Positions 37,546-51,600 of a stretch of DNA of 64,000 nucleotides are shown here, one piece after another; the stretch's first letter is position 1, and every line of letters begins with the position of its first letter. This DNA is from Lama guanicoe (taxonomy: Eukaryota). Made by a program: the position numbers and the translations under genes. The notes beneath the pieces were generated by a model, which searched no databases, was not told the DNA's origin, and saw only the letters and a list, made by a program, of their open reading frames with translations. The stretch lies in the NCBI GenBank assembly GCA_013239625.1, contig MU054391.1:5167824-5231823 (forward strand). The letters run 5' to 3'.

Positions 37546-38303
37546 CCCTGAAAAGATTTTAATTTGAAAACACTTAGGTTGAGAACTTTCTTTTTATTGT
37601 CTAGAAGGTAGGTTACATTTCTTGTTTACTTCTGATCATCATAAGCACAAGGAGAACATGAAAGGGGAGTTATGAGGGCAAAAAAGTCCGGATCCATTTG
37701 TGAACTGTGTCGGAACTAAACATTTTTTGGAAGGTGCTTTATTGCTGGATTATGTAAGTTATTCTTTTGAAATGTTTATAATTGATGTTTACAAAGTATA
37801 GCAGCATGAAGTTGAAATTTATCTTCCACTTAATCTAGCAAAATATGCCAACGTGGAAGTGTTTCCTTCTGAAGTTTGCTCAGAAGGGAGAATACTTACT
37901 GAAAACAACACTCTTGACGAAGGCTTTTAGTGTGGAAGTGATTTTAGCAGATGCTGGGGAGGGACACGAAAGAAATCGAACTTTTGAAACGGGGCTCCCG
38001 AGAGCCCTTGTTTCCATTTTGAATGACAGGGGCTTCGGGGCTATTTCCCAACATGAGAGATGATGGAATGACTCGACAGACTGTTCTGCCCGTGAGCGAT
38101 AACCCACAGTGACTCGTGCCAGCTGTCTGAGAGAGCACCTTGGAAGAGAAAATTCAAGACCGGCTCTTAGATAAGAACTGAACTCCTGATACTGAACCCA
38201 AAGTTTCAGAATAATAACTCTAAGAAGGTGCACCAGTATTTTTAGGGGACAAAGGAAGGAAAGTGAATCTGTGTACATGAATTTGTATTTAAATTCTGTC
38301 CTC

Positions 38304-38784
38304 TGTTAGAGAGAAACCAGAGTTGGATAGTAGTTAAACTAACAATAACAGATTTTATTCAAGACTACCGCAGTAGGAGAAAGGGACCTAAGTCTAGAAC
38401 TCGGTTCTGGATACTGCATAGGCAAGTGGGGATTCACAGCGAAGGAGCAGGGTAGGGGTCAGCGGATTCACAATGACCAGGAGGAAATGTCAGGACCAAG
38501 GGGGGATTCTGGCAACACTGACCTAGCAGGACTCTTGCTGAAGGCAGGCCTAGGGGACCAGGCAGTACCTGGGGCGGGGCGGGGGGGGGGATGGAGGGTG
38601 AGAAACCTGATCATATACCTGTGGTGATTAAATATCGAGGATGGGGCTCCTTTCTAAACTGACCGAGCAAGATTCTTGCTAACATGGGATAATAGGGAAA
38701 TGAACACAGAAGCTGAAAAGTCAGGCCTATTTGAAATGTTCAGGGGAGCTTGAATAGGTTTGGTCAAGGAGGGAATTCTTGTCA
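38304..38784 (-). mobile_element. MER31-like ERV1 solo LTR
   Basis: The minus strand starts TGACAAGAATTCCCTCCTTGACCAAAC (MER31-type 5' end) and ends in CA; 4-bp flanks CCTC / CCTT. Confidence 0.75.
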
Positions 38785-39963
38785 CCTTTTCCAAAATGGA
38801 TTTGATGCAGAGTATCATAAAAATTATGACTCTAATAAAATCATTAACGTAACAACAAAAATAACATAGCCAAGTATTAGTGAGGGAAGATAAGAAAAAA
38901 ATCATAATAGAAATCCTGGGCTGAGAAAATCTACGGCAAATGAGCACAAAACCAGCTCGAGTCTTGGAGGGGGAGACAGGGAGAGAAACACAACGTATTT
39001 TTTTATCACCTCACAAAATGAAACATTCCAGCTCATCATGAAACAAGCACTTGCTGGCTCTGGTGTCTGAGCCAAACTTCTCCAGTTGGCAGACATCGTG
39101 AGTAGCCTACTAGACCATGTCCTCCCAAAGAAGGCACAGAAGTTCTAGTCATGGCTGTTTCTTATGTGGCCCTTTGATAACAGCTGAGGCATAATGTGAA
39201 GTTTTTCTTCTATGACGACAGTGCCAAGGAGATCCAAGCTGAGTCCACACTTTCCAGAGATCTGATCTGATGCAGGGTTAAAACGTGGAGAATGTTGAGG
39301 AACAAGGCCCTTCCAAATGCCATTTGTCTCAGCTGGACTCTTGATGTGGACTTGGAACAGTTCATTACTTCAGTCTAATGAGTAGCTGAAGGACATACCA
39401 ATACTGCAGACGGAAGGGAGGCCAAGTGCCCTAGTTAGCAGCCGTGAGGCGCCCTTTTGGGAACAGCGAGGAGCCTGTGTTGGATTCTCACCAGATGGAA
39501 GGCCACCCCCTCTACCCTGGAAGACGGATCATAGGACACAGAGGTACTTTAGTTATAAAGATGTGTTTAATTTTTCAAAATGCCTTTTTCCCCTGGAAGA
39601 TTTGAAAGTCGATTTACATCAGAGTTGATTCAAATTAAATATCTCCGGAGATTATTTCCAATTTTTCCATCGTTACTTAAGGTGTTTCTTTCCGACACTT
39701 CCTTTCGTGTCTCATGTTAGCCTTTCTGCTAAGTGGTTTCATCTCCTTTACTTTTATAGTACGTTTCCTCCATAAGACACCTAAAACTATTTTCTTGTTA
39801 AAAATGGCACAGATAGCACATCAGAAAAAATATTCAACATGTATTTTAGAGATATTTGGTGATCGATGACACTTTTTGCACAGTGGGAATCGTGGCTTTA
39901 CTGTGCCAACATGACTTCTACCCTGTTCCTCGCTCAGATACAGAAAGATAGTGCCCACAAAGA

Positions 39964-40181
39964 CTTCACTGTCCCAAATGGTAGCCTTTATCCACATGTG
40001 GCCACTGAAATCCAAAGTAATTAAAATTAAAACTAAAACTTCAACCCTATTAAAAATTCAGTTGCATTAACCACCTTTAAAGTCCTCAGTAGCCACATGG
40101 GGCTGGTGGCTAGAGCACAGGACAGAGCAGAGACAGAGACAGCATTTTCATCATCACAGAAGATTCTATTGGACAGCACCG
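39964..40181 (-). mobile_element. MER3 hAT-Charlie MITE
   Basis: CACTGTCCCAAATGGTAGCC...AGCCACATGGGGCTGGTGGCTA...TTCTATTGGACAGCACCG; 8-bp flanks CACAAAGA / CTCTAAGA. Confidence 0.8.
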
Positions 40182-40345
40182 CTCTAAGAAAGAAAACGTA
40201 CAGGCTATTAATACAAGAAGTGACCTCTGTAAAATCGTAGCTAAGAGGATTAGTGGAATTGGTGGCTATCAAAATGTACTAGAGCCCCAAAGAGAAAGGA
40301 TTTTAGTCTAACCAGAAAAAAAGATTAAAACAGTAGTTAATTGGT

Positions 40346-40395
40346 TTGACACAACACTGTAAACTAACTATACTTCAATAAAAATATATTTAAAA
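40346..40395 (+). mobile_element. Ultra-short young L1 3' terminus
   Basis: TTGACACAACACTGTAAACTAACTATACTTCAATAAAAA, the same terminus as the copies at 4503, 45830 and 48535. Confidence 0.75.
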
Positions 40396-41399
40396 TTTTT
40401 ATTGGGGGCTCAAGGTGGAAGTAATGCGCATTAATTACAAGGACTGTCGTCATAACAATCAAGGTCCAGGAGGAGGACAACCTTCTGACCAAAATGAAGT
40501 GTGATGGGAACAAACGCCAGAGCGGGAGTGTGATGGTGGAGCTTTCTACTTACTGCACAAAACAAGTGTTCCATGGGCCAATCATTCCACAAAGTGTAGA
40601 TTAAAATGTCTGAAGGATGTCTTTATTTTCAGGACTCCTCTGAGTCTCTCGCATCCTCATCATCTCTGAGATTTGGGTGGAGTCTTATTTGAACACAGAG
40701 TCTTTTGCTAATGTGTGTTGTGTTCTGGGGCAACCCTCTGGTGAGCCCCTTGCTGGGGACAGGCTCCTGCTTGCTCTCCCTGACATCACACAGGCTCACC
40801 ACGGCCCCGCGCATCCCCAAATGTCTTTGTAGCTGAAAACACTCAGCACAAGCTCCAGGGACCTCGGTCAGTCCAGGAAGTCTCCTCGGCTTGAAGGGTG
40901 CTCACCCATCTGTTTCTCACTCTGCTGTGACCTCGCTGCACATTCCTGTTCCACCTTCTAATGAACAAATGTGCCCACAAGTGGTGCCCCGTACAAGTGA
41001 CAGTGCTGCCAAGAGTCATAGAAGCATTTCAAGCTGGACATCAAAAAGCAAGTTTCACCCCAAGGAGAAAAAAATGGTGGTGAAAACCGTTGATGCTCAG
41101 CAAGTAAATGATGATGAGTGCAAGTCCTGTGAGTGCAAGGGTATCGCAAAGTGGCAGCAGCCTGGGAGCATTGAGCGGTAGCCGGAAGTACCCACAGCAT
41201 GAACATGCCGTGATTTCTAAGAGTTTGAAGAGAACAAAAGAGCGGTTGCCAGTGCCCAGAGGCAGAGCCCAACCTCATAGGGCATGCGCACTACACACCC
41301 CCGTGTGGCGCTGATTTGCTTACAGTGCCCACTGCCAGGAGGCATCCCCTGGGCTAAAGGTGGGTGGAATAGAAGAACTCTGATGAAGTAATTGCTCCA

Positions 41400-41620
41400 T
41401 CTACTAAATAATTACCATGCGCTGGGAACTCGGTTAAGTACTCTTCAAGAACTATCTTGTTTAATCCTCATGACAACACTATGGGAAATTTTCATCTGAT
41501 CCATTTTACAGAGAAGAAATTTGAGATTTAGCAAAAATCATTAATTTGACCATGGTCATGCCTGTAGTAAATTGTAGAGCTGGGAATCGGAGTTTGCCTT
41601 CAGAGTCTGAGCTCTTAGCA
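41400..41620 (-). mobile_element. MIR
   Basis: TTTAATCCTCATGACAACACTATG...CCATTTTACAGAGAAGAAATTTGAG. Confidence 0.7.
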
Positions 41621-41879
41621 GCTTATATAGGTGAACTTTTTAGAGTTGTACCTCCTAACTTCCTTCATGTTATGGAGGTCCCATGGCTATTGAAAATAGC
41701 ATTTTAACACGCTATTTAAACTGGGTCATGGTGGGCATAGTGAGAAAGGTGTATCTGAGGAGACGGAGTTGGGAAAAGCAAAGTCACTGAGTCTGTTGTA
41801 CTTTATCTGCCTTCTAAATTTGTGCGGTGGCTGGGAGCAGAAAGACCCTGGGGAGAAAGTGATGGGGGGTGCCCCATGT

Positions 41880-42170
41880 CTATTTTATCATATCCCATCT
41901 TCCCTCCATGATGTCTCCGTTTGAATGTCTCTCTGACACCTGAAACGTAACACTTTGAATATCAGCCTCTTCATCTTCCTCTTCAGATAGTTATACAAAA
42001 CTCCCAATCCTCCACCGTCACACTCTTCAAGAAATTTTGTTACTATCTCAACTTTTTGACAACCCCTTGCAAATTCTCCGACCATCTATCACTTTCTCAT
42101 CAATTCTTTTATCCTTAATATGTCTAAAAAATATTTCTTCTTTACCATTTCCTCTTCATCAGGCCTGACT
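41880..42170 (+). mobile_element. L2 fragment
   Basis: GATGTCTCCGTTTGAATGTCTCTCTGACACCTGAAACGTAACA resembles the L2 ORF2 end. Confidence 0.55.
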
Positions 42171-42905
42171 AGAGGGGTATCAGTCTCGTCTTGAACATAA
42201 AATAAGAAGGCAAGCACATTTTATATGTTGACAGCAGGGACTTAGTATATCTCAGGACTGGCTTCTAGAAGCTGCTTACAGTTTTAATTACTCCCTAGAA
42301 GAACATCTTATTATCAAGTATTTCAAAGTCAAAGTCATCTATTTAGCATTTAGATAGATAAAGCCAGATGATTGCCCTTAATAGACCAACTTGTTCACAT
42401 CATCTGGAGATTGTTTTTTGAATAACTTATCTGGATCTTACCCAATGCAGTCTTACTCAAAGTTATTATTTTTATTATTTTTTTACAGAAGTGCTGCATT
42501 ATATTAGAAGTTGGCATTATTTTTTTTTTACAATTGCAGTACCATCCGTTAAGAAGTTGGTATCTGATAATCAATTTCTTTCCTAACAATCTGTTAGGCG
42601 TCTCATGCTTTAGAGAGATAAACTTCGACTTCAATTTTGTGACAGTTTGAACATTTGAAGAGATTCAAAATAGAAGTGATTTTTAAGCATGTGATAAGGG
42701 AAATACTATTAAAGTACAGTTGCTTATTTCCCACATTTATTGGAATATTTATTGTTTTAAATGTTTGGGATTCAGCCATAAATAAGACAAAATTATTGCT
42801 CTTATAAAGCTTACACTTCAAAAAGAGGCTAATATTAACAATTTGCAAAGGTACATTTTAAATAATAAAGCCAAACATTTTTTTAAAATCCAGGAATTTT
42901 GTACC

Positions 42906-43097
42906 TAGTGGTGTGCGTCTGTTTAACAATTGGCGGAAAAATCAGAGACCTCACTTGCAGTGATTGCTGATTTCCGTGGTGTAAATACTCCCACTGTGGC
43001 CAGTTTCAGTTATCGAGATGTCACTGAATGCAGAGTTAGGAACACACGTGCAGACACAGCTCAGGCATTGGTGTGAGCCAACTCCAGCACGCCATTG
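42906..43097 (-). mobile_element. MER63A-like hAT-Blackjack MITE
   Basis: Ends TAGTGGTGTGC / CCAGCACGCCATTG; internal GATTTCCGTGGTGTAAATACTCCCAC. Confidence 0.8.
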
Positions 43098-43449
43098 AAT
43101 CTGAATCAAATCTGTCATAATTTAGATTTTCAGATCGCTCAAGAGAAAGTTAGCCTAAAGAAAATTAAAATTGCAGGGGAAAAAAGCAAAAACACTCTAA
43201 AATATACAAAAATTCTACACATCAAATAGTGTGTAAAACAGAAAAACCTCTTTATTCTTTTAACATATGATATAAGGACTAATAACAAGTTCTATAAAGG
43301 CGCTATCAGTTTACAGTTTAAACCTTTATAACTGAGAAAAATGTTTTCAAACACCTTGTCTTCATTCTGAAAGCCTTCAAAATCATTCCTATCTAAATTT
43401 TGTAGTTAATCGCAACATTTTAGAAATACGTTTTCATCAGTGAAGAACA

Positions 43450-43650
43450 AGGAACATTTACTGAGTTCCTAATATGGTCTGGGTATTTTAATGCATTTTC
43501 TGTACAGGAAGTCTGCAAAGTAGCTATTATCCCATATTAAAGATGAAGAAACTGAGGCTCAGAGAGATCAATTTAGCTAACATCTCCCATTAGTAACCTC
43601 AATATGGGATGTAAATCTATGTCTATCCAATTCTAACACCTGTGTTTTCT
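43450..43650 (-). mobile_element. MIR
   Basis: TATTATCCCATATTAAAGATGAAGAAACTGAGGCTCAGAGAG. Confidence 0.75.
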
Positions 43651-44489
43651 CGTAATGAATGCCCTTGGTTTATGAAGAGTTTCAAAATAAAATCTGATTT
43701 TCAGAAATGCTTGCTGTACTCATTAATTTCCTGGACATTCAGGGTTTAGGACTCTCCTCTAAGGTAGGAGTTAATTTTAAAGCAATAGAGTCAGGTCCCC
43801 TGGTATAGGATTATACACGAGCTGCCCCAGGAGCATCAAAGCATGCCTCGCTAGGCCTGCAGGCAAGACCGCTGGTGTGTATTCATCTCACAATGGCTCC
43901 CAGGTTGTTAAATAGTCTACTCGGTGGACACGCAGGTGTGTGGGGTCAACCCTGGGCAGTAAAATACAAACACCTCTTCTTAATCCTGCACCGAAGTCGC
44001 TCAGGGCTTCCTGTGTGGCTGTCACACGTGACATGGGGACTCTGACTCACTCTAGGGAACCCTCAAAAGCAACTGATACTTTAAACAGAGACAAAACAAT
44101 AGAATTTTACAACTGGATAGGACTTTAGAGGTTATTTAGTTCAACCTCTCATGTCAAGACAAAGATACCAGGGCTCAGCAAAAGCCGGACAAATAGTTTG
44201 CCACCCAACCCAGGCGCCACTGAGGTCTGATCCCAAGTCAGGCCACTTTCCCCCTCACCACGTGGCGCTCGCTCCCTGAGGAGGAGACCAGCACGAGTGC
44301 TAGTCCCCGAGGAGGACACTTTTACTGAGCTGACACCGGGAGTGGAGCTGTAGAATGGCATGAAAAGCTCTCTGAAACCCGAAGCCTTCACAGCATAACT
44401 CGTAAAAACGCACAATCATGGTATTTGTACATTTTTACACAATCGAAATTTGCTTTACAGACATTATGCTTGCTACTACTACTAATGCC

Positions 44490-44700
44490 TTTAAGGGTTT
44501 ATGGAATGTTGTAATTTGTGGAATACTTTTTCATGTATTATTGCATGATTATGAAATGACTAAGTAGCCAGGGCCTAGTATCCCCACTTTATTGATGAGG
44601 AAACTGAAGTTCAGAGAAATTCAGACGTCTTGCCGCATAGCAGGTGACCAAGATGGGACCAGAGCCTGTGTCTGCCTTGTGATCCAGTGCTCTTTTCTCA
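44490..44700 (-). mobile_element. MIR
   Basis: ATCCCCACTTTATTGATGAGGAAACTGAAGTTCAGAGA. Confidence 0.7.
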
Positions 44701-45707
44701 TGGCATTTAGGAAGTGACATCAGAGTAGGGAACTTTGTTACACTCACTTTAAAGAAAAGTGAGGCACAGAGCTCTCATTTAGAGACTTTATCCAAGATGA
44801 TATGTACCATCTGCAGCAGAGGTCTAAGAACTAAGCTTTTCCCAAGACAGTCTTCTTACTACAACAAAGGACTTGCCACACCTTTGTTACTCTTACGAAC
44901 AGGACGCTGTTTATATATATACCAAAAACATGCAAGCCTCTCCAAATTTGGCAAATCTCATTCTGTGAGGCAAAGCGACTGGAAAAATCAAATATCTCAC
45001 AAGCATCTGTGCTTCTGCCAAATTCAAATCACGTGCATCTGTGGCTTTTTCCACCCCTTGTGTAGTAAGTTTGAATCTTTTATGGACGGTGTATCCTCAC
45101 AAGTAAGAGGTATGAGAGATTCTTTCTCTCATGAGCCTTCAATGAAATAATTATTTGGTAGTTAATAAGCAAAGCCTTTCCTGCCAACTTGGCATTGCAC
45201 CAAGAAAAGAGCTGGGGAAAATGTCAAGATACAGTTCAGAGTTTGACCCTTGAAGTATGAATTATAAGAGATTGTGATTAAAAGAGAAACGTCTGTTTCC
45301 ATGAGGGTGGGGCAGAATTCCCGTGTCTCTCTCGTGTCCGGAGAGATGAGATTCCAATTTTTACCTTCAGGACATCAGGGCGTAATGGAGGGAGGACTCC
45401 TGTAAGACAAACGGCCAGATAACCTTCTGCTCTTATTTACCTAGAGGAGGAGAATTTGCTTTACTCTCTGTGAACATATCAGAAATATTTACTGTTGTAA
45501 ATTTCCATGAATTCATTTATATCTTTTGGATTGTAAAATTTTCAAAGCAGAATTCGTTAATCTTGATGCAACTATTAAGGAATATATAGCCATTTATAAA
45601 ATAGGTGGAAATGCAGAAAGACAAAAAAAAAAAAGAAAGAAAGAAAAACAGCACCCAAAAGCATCTGATAGATTCTGAAGGATGTGATTGAAAGAATTGG
45701 ATGGACA

Positions 45708-45899
45708 TTTATGCTGTAGAGCACAGGGAACTATATTCAATATCTTGCAGTAGCTTATGGTGAAAAAGACTATGAAAACGAATATATGTACATCCACGTA
45801 TGACTGAAGCATGTGCTGTACACCAGAAATTGACACAAAACTGTAAATTGACTATACGTCAATTAAAAAAACACACAAAAATAACAACAACAAAAAAAA
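45708..45899 (+). mobile_element. Short young L1 3' end
   Basis: CTGTAGAGCACAGGGAACTATATTCAATATCTTG...CACCAGAAATTGACAC plus A-rich tail; degenerate TSD AATTGGATGGACA / AATTGGATAGATA. Confidence 0.85.
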
Positions 45900-47639
45900 A
45901 ATTGGATAGATAATCTTTCTTTCTGCTTCCATATTTTTGGGGGATGCCATTTTCCCTGGGCCAGTTATATTATGGAAGTAATGCTAGTCAGCTTCCAAAT
46001 CCAAGTTGTGTTGCTTCTGCCAAATAGTATCTCAACCTGTTTCAAAAAACAAACAAACAAACAAAAAAAACCTGTTTCAGAACCCTGGCTACATAACATG
46101 TAAAGTGTTTACTTCATGGCTCAAGTTATTTTAAGGGCCTTCTTATATAAAATTTAGTTTTTAAACTATATAATTTTGTTTTAAGAATATAATATTGCCT
46201 TTGGACACTCTCCCCATAAAGGACACAGGATCTCTAGAGACACGTTGAGTAAGTAACTCAGGAAAAGGTTATCATAGATCTCCCTGCTTGCTTGGGAAAA
46301 AGCTGAAAAAAATCACTTTTACTTGTATGAGCCTGAAGGTCTAAAACACTTCTTCACACTAAAACTCTGCCAGTAGCAAGGGGACCACAGACTCACTAAG
46401 CACATGAGGTTCTGTCAGTGAGGCACGCAGACATTAGACATGAAATGCATATACAGGGCTGAGCAATGGAGATTCTTTCTCTCGCGAGCCTTTTGATGAC
46501 GTAATTACTTAAGTAAGTAATTGGAGACATTTAATTCATGGTTCAAATTGATGATCTACAAAGACACATTATGCTACTTCCTGGAATACTTGGAGAAAAA
46601 CTATTATGCCAAGCAAAATAATTTAAAAACCTGTATAGGAAGCTGGCGTTTGAATTGATTCTGCACGCCAGAACGCAAGAAAACACATCTGCTCATTTAC
46701 AAGCTTTCTGTTGAATTATGTAGCCTCTTCCTCTTGCCAACCTGCTTGTTTGCCAAGTTTTATTGATTACTTGGGACAGTGATTTTGAACTCCAGTTTTT
46801 GAGGTTTTTCTATCTTTACATACTACCTGACTTTCCAAGAATTTCTTTATGTCTCAGGTGTCATCAGATTTCAGGAGTCTGTGTGAGAATGAAAAGACCC
46901 AGAAAGATACATCTCTGGCTGCTGCAATATGGAACTCTTTCCAGGATCACTGCAAATCCAGTGGCATTCCACCTGCAGAACAGAGCGATTTCTCTTCAAG
47001 AAAGGTTTGTGAAATGTGCTAGACGGCTCTCCCGGGAGGATGAAATCCTGTATTTACTCATCATCCTGGTTGTGTGACTGTCACTTACGATAACACAGCC
47101 TGAGAAGAAACAGCAGAAAGAGTTACAGCTCTTTGTGCACTGACTTCCTTCTCCTGGGCCCGTGTTCTCTTCTGCTGGTCTTCCTACTTTGGGAAACAGT
47201 AGAAACTAATTCAATAAGGAATTTCTTGTCTTAAGGTGACAAAGATATTCCCACCTCCTTCTTAACTGCATTTAAAGTCGGGGCTGTGCGCTGAAGGGGA
47301 GGGGAATGAACTCATGTCTATTTTTTAACAAACGTCTTTATTGAGATATAACTCACTTATCATAAAACTCACCCCCCTCCACCCAGAATTGTTTGAACAC
47401 AGTGTTTTTACTATAAAGACAGAACCAATTGCCAACAAATTTCTATTTCTAGTAAGGTTTGTTTCAGCAGTGATGTAAGAAATTCTGAAACAACTTTCTG
47501 CATATTGTAGGCGAACAAATGCGAATGCGTATGGATAATGTTGATTCAAACATGGAATGGCAGCGGCTCCGAAGACCGCCTCCAGCTGGACTAGAATGGG
47601 AGGCATCGGCATGACCCCACGGTCTTCCAAGATGGAGAT

Positions 47640-48650
47640 GCAGTCATGTTTGTGCGTATGTGTGTGAATTCTCTAGTTTCGTCTGCTGAAAGGGCCTGGG
47701 AACAATGACGCCCCCAAAAGCAGTGAACACACCTCGTGCCCAGATGTTGGGTCCTAAATACTGTTTTTTACCCAAAAGAAACAGAGCTTCTTGGAAAAAA
47801 ACAAAAGGCTGATAACAAGGCTGAGACAAGGAAAGTCCACGATGAACTTGAAATTCAGCTTTGTTAGGCTATAGAATGAAGACGTGCTCAGATGTGAGGG
47901 GGCCATGCTGAAGGGACATGGGAGCCAGCATGCGGGGGCTCCCACCGACCAAGAGCTGGGGAAGGCGAGCATGAAGACCAACAATAACAACAATGGATGA
48001 CAGCCCTCTGAGGAAAGGCAGAGCCCATTAGTTCATACGGATTAAATAACAATCAAATAAGCACATAAGAGAAAAGGGAAAGGTCTTCTAATGAAACTAG
48101 TAAATTTAGGGAGAATGGTAGACTTGAAAAAATACCATTTTGCTAATGCCATGTGCAGCAACATGGATAGACCTGGAGATTGTCATTCTAAGTGAAGTAA
48201 GCCAGAAAGAGAAAGAAAAATACCATATGAGATCACCTATATGTGGAATCAAAAAAAAAAAAAAAAGACAAAAATGAACTTACTTACAAAACAGAGACAG
48301 GTTCACAGACATAGAAAACAAACTTGTGGTTACCAAAAAGGAAAGGGGATGGGAAGGAATAAATTGGGAATTCGAGATTTGCAGATACACACTACTATAT
48401 ATAAAATCAATAAACAACAAGTTTCTACTGTAGAGCACAGGGAACTCTATTCAGTATCTTGTAGGAACCTATAATGAAAAAGAACATGAAAAGACATATA
48501 TGCAGGACTGAAACATTATGCTGTACAACAGAAATTGACACAACACTGTAAGCTGACTATACTTTAAAAAAGACAAGAAAAAGGGAAAAAAAGAAAATTA
48601 CCATTTTGCAACTATCATATGAATAATTGACTTGGGCAAGAATCATCAAC
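47640..48650 (+). mobile_element. L1MC-type 3' UTR fragment interrupted by a younger L1
   Basis: CTGCTGAAAGGGCCTGGGAACAATGAC...CCCAGATGTTGGGTCCTAAATAC...ACCATTTTGCAACTATCATA...GGCAAGAATCATCAA. Confidence 0.7.
48144..48593 (+). mobile_element. Young L1 3' end with TSD
   Basis: GCAGCAACATGGATAGACCTGGAGATTGTCATTCTAAGTGAAGTAAG...; TSD AAAA(A/T)TACCATTTTGC at about 48128 and 48594. Confidence 0.9.
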
Positions 48651-51600
48651 AAACTTGGCAACCAGTTGTGGTATCTCACCCCAAATTACCGCCTTTGAGA
48701 GAACACTTATCACCAGCTAGGCAATTTAAGTTTAATTACCTCATTTCAGTGAGGTGGCTACAACTGAGGTGATCCTCATTTAACAGATTAGGAAATTGAC
48801 ATGTAGATGTTAAGTAACCAAGGCCACGTGTTGTGAAGACAAGCCTCAAATCCAGCCAGAGCTGTCCCTCTTCCCAAGCCCCACGACCTCCTGCTTAGGC
48901 TGGGTAAGGACCCTGGGGTGGCTCCAGCCTCAGGGCAACCTGGTCTGTGGTGTCCTGGACTCTAGTGGGTGAGGGAGGACCAGTGGGGAGGATGAGTGTG
49001 GCTTTGGGCGCCGGGCCATAAGGCGTGATGTGGGCAGGGCGACAGCTGTTGGACCTGTCATCCGGCCAATATTCAGTTGTCTTCATCCCTCCTCTCGTTC
49101 CCCTAGCTCAAGCTCAAGCCTCTCGCTTTGCCTTTAAAGGCAGAGTTAGAGCTGATGGCACCTGAATTAGCCAGATATTCATCTCCTCTCTCATTTATTT
49201 CAACCCATGTAAACACAGACTCAAACCACTCCAGTCAGCAGAAAGCTTGTGCCTCTTTCTTGCAGAGGCAGCTGCTAAGACCAGGGCGGGTCTCCTGTAT
49301 TATCTGTGCACATCGGGACCTATTTGCGCACAGCCTCGGATTCAGCTGTTCTGTGTTATCTCTGAATAAGCTCTATAAATAGGCACGGAGATACCCAGAG
49401 GATTAAGAGAAGGTTTCCATCAGCCACTTCAATGGTTAAATGTAAACATGAAACGTATACCACAACTTTTAGAATCCTGCTTTGACAATGCTTATTATTG
49501 TCTGTTTTTTATTTTAAGTACATCATAAAAATGGAAGGGATACATACAGTGCCCCTCTAGAGAGTCCCAGTTCGTTTGTGTTTCCTGCTTGAGAGAGTAA
49601 TGTCTTTGCGGTTATATGAGATCACATTATGGTCAATGGAGTTCGTTGAATAAAATAAGGATCTTATTCGGTCAACTTTTCAACCGACCGATCACCAGTT
49701 TTAGAAGCTCTGGAATAAACAGCACCACCAGTAAGGAGAAAAACTCTTACAGAACGAGAGCAAATGGAAATCCTAGCTGTCAACAGTCACGATGACCAGC
49801 TGGCTTCTGGCCAATTTGATGATTATTTTTGATAAAATGTCACTCTTTTCCTGGTTTTCAAATCACCTTTTATTTATTGCTTTTCATGCTGCTTTATTGA
49901 CCTGGATTTAAGGTGGCATTTTGATTTAGAGGTTGTTTATTGAAAAATTGTAAGTATCTAATTGAATGTCAGAAAGCAAATGTTAAGTTCTGTTTACGAA
50001 AGGTCCTTGCTCTTAAATGGGTAGATTCATGCTTTTCTGTTGGAATAAATTAAGGGAGTATCACCTCTTAGAGCAAAACAATTTGTCACAGCAATTAACA
50101 GGAGAGGGTGGGGCACACATAGAAAGACTGTACCCTTGGAGTTGAATGGCACCGAGAAGGACTGTGCATCCTTTGACGCCACAGAATCAAAATATCCGAA
50201 ATACACACTCAGGGTTACAGGATAATGTTTGAACAAATCCATAAGGCTTGGGTTTCTATAATTTAAATTGTATTTTATCAACTATCAACACTCCCCATCC
50301 TAGCTCCTCCCAAATTTTGGTATTTTGTCAGGTGCGAGGAAGAAATTAAATCAGACTGGATGTGTTTTCACTCTCTCCCCTAACCTGGAACACGTAGGCT
50401 TCGTGTTAATCAACTGCTTTTATCTCCTTATTACTAGAGAAGAAATTGTTTAATCAGAAGGTAAGTTAGAGACCCAAAGGAATCTTTAAAAATGAACATT
50501 TTAGAGACATTTTTTGAGGTCTGTTGAATCTAATTCAATCCCATTTTTGAGGATTTCAGTATCAACAATACTGAATAATAATGCACCATATAAAAACCGT
50601 GTAAGACTCCCATTTTACAGATGAGGAAAACGACACTGTTATTCACAGAATTAAAGGGAATAAATGACAGAACTTCATGTGTTGTGAAGACAAGCCTCAA
50701 ATCCAGTTTAAAACTCAAATCATTTAAACTCAAATCATTCAGTGTTTCACAGGACACCGCCCTTCATAACTTTCTCCCACTCCCCTCCTCTCCAGATGCC
50801 TTCGCAGATGGTAACATGTTGCCACACGTCACCTCCGTGGCTCCCCGGAGGCCCAGAGAAGAGCTCAGAGATGACATTACGTATCGGTGGTTTTTAGAGC
50901 TAGAGCATGGGACTATAATTTACTTTTTCTGTTTCTCGCAAAATTCTCCCCTGGCTAGAGGCTAACTTGCTTCAGATCCCCAGCTGCTTTCTGGTATGCA
51001 GTGAACTTAGCAGGGCAGATTCCATCTGCTGGCAAGGCCAGCCATGAGCAGAGTAAATTCAGTTCAGGAGACCGGGAACATCCCACTTGCCACAAATCGA
51101 GACCACGTCCTTATCCTCATCAGTCTGGGTCCTGTGTCTCTCAGTTGAATGCAGACTCTGGAGTGGAAGGGAGCGATGCTCTGTACGTATCCCCTCTAAC
51201 ACCCCAGCATGTGTAGTCTTGCTGGCTCCCCAGAATGCCTGCAAAATGCAAGATGCTCAAGAACATCCCTTCCCTCAGTCAGCTCAGTACGCATGTGCTC
51301 TTCCCCTCGTGACGGTACATGTTGCGTGTGACCTGGGCTCTGGGTTCAGCTCCCCGGGACCTGTTTGTGTCACCTCTATCAGCAGTGAGGTCTGTAGGGA
51401 TGGGGTCCCACGGGTATCTCCTCACCGATACCCGGCACCTAGACTGCACTCGATAAACACAATTTAGTGAATGAATGTAAGGGTTATATTTTATTCCCTT
51501 GGGTAAAAGCATAATTTTCTATTTGCATACAAGTTTTGGAAGTGGCCCAGCATCAGTCGTGAATCAGAAAATGTTTGTTTCTGCTTCTCCTTCAGAGGAC

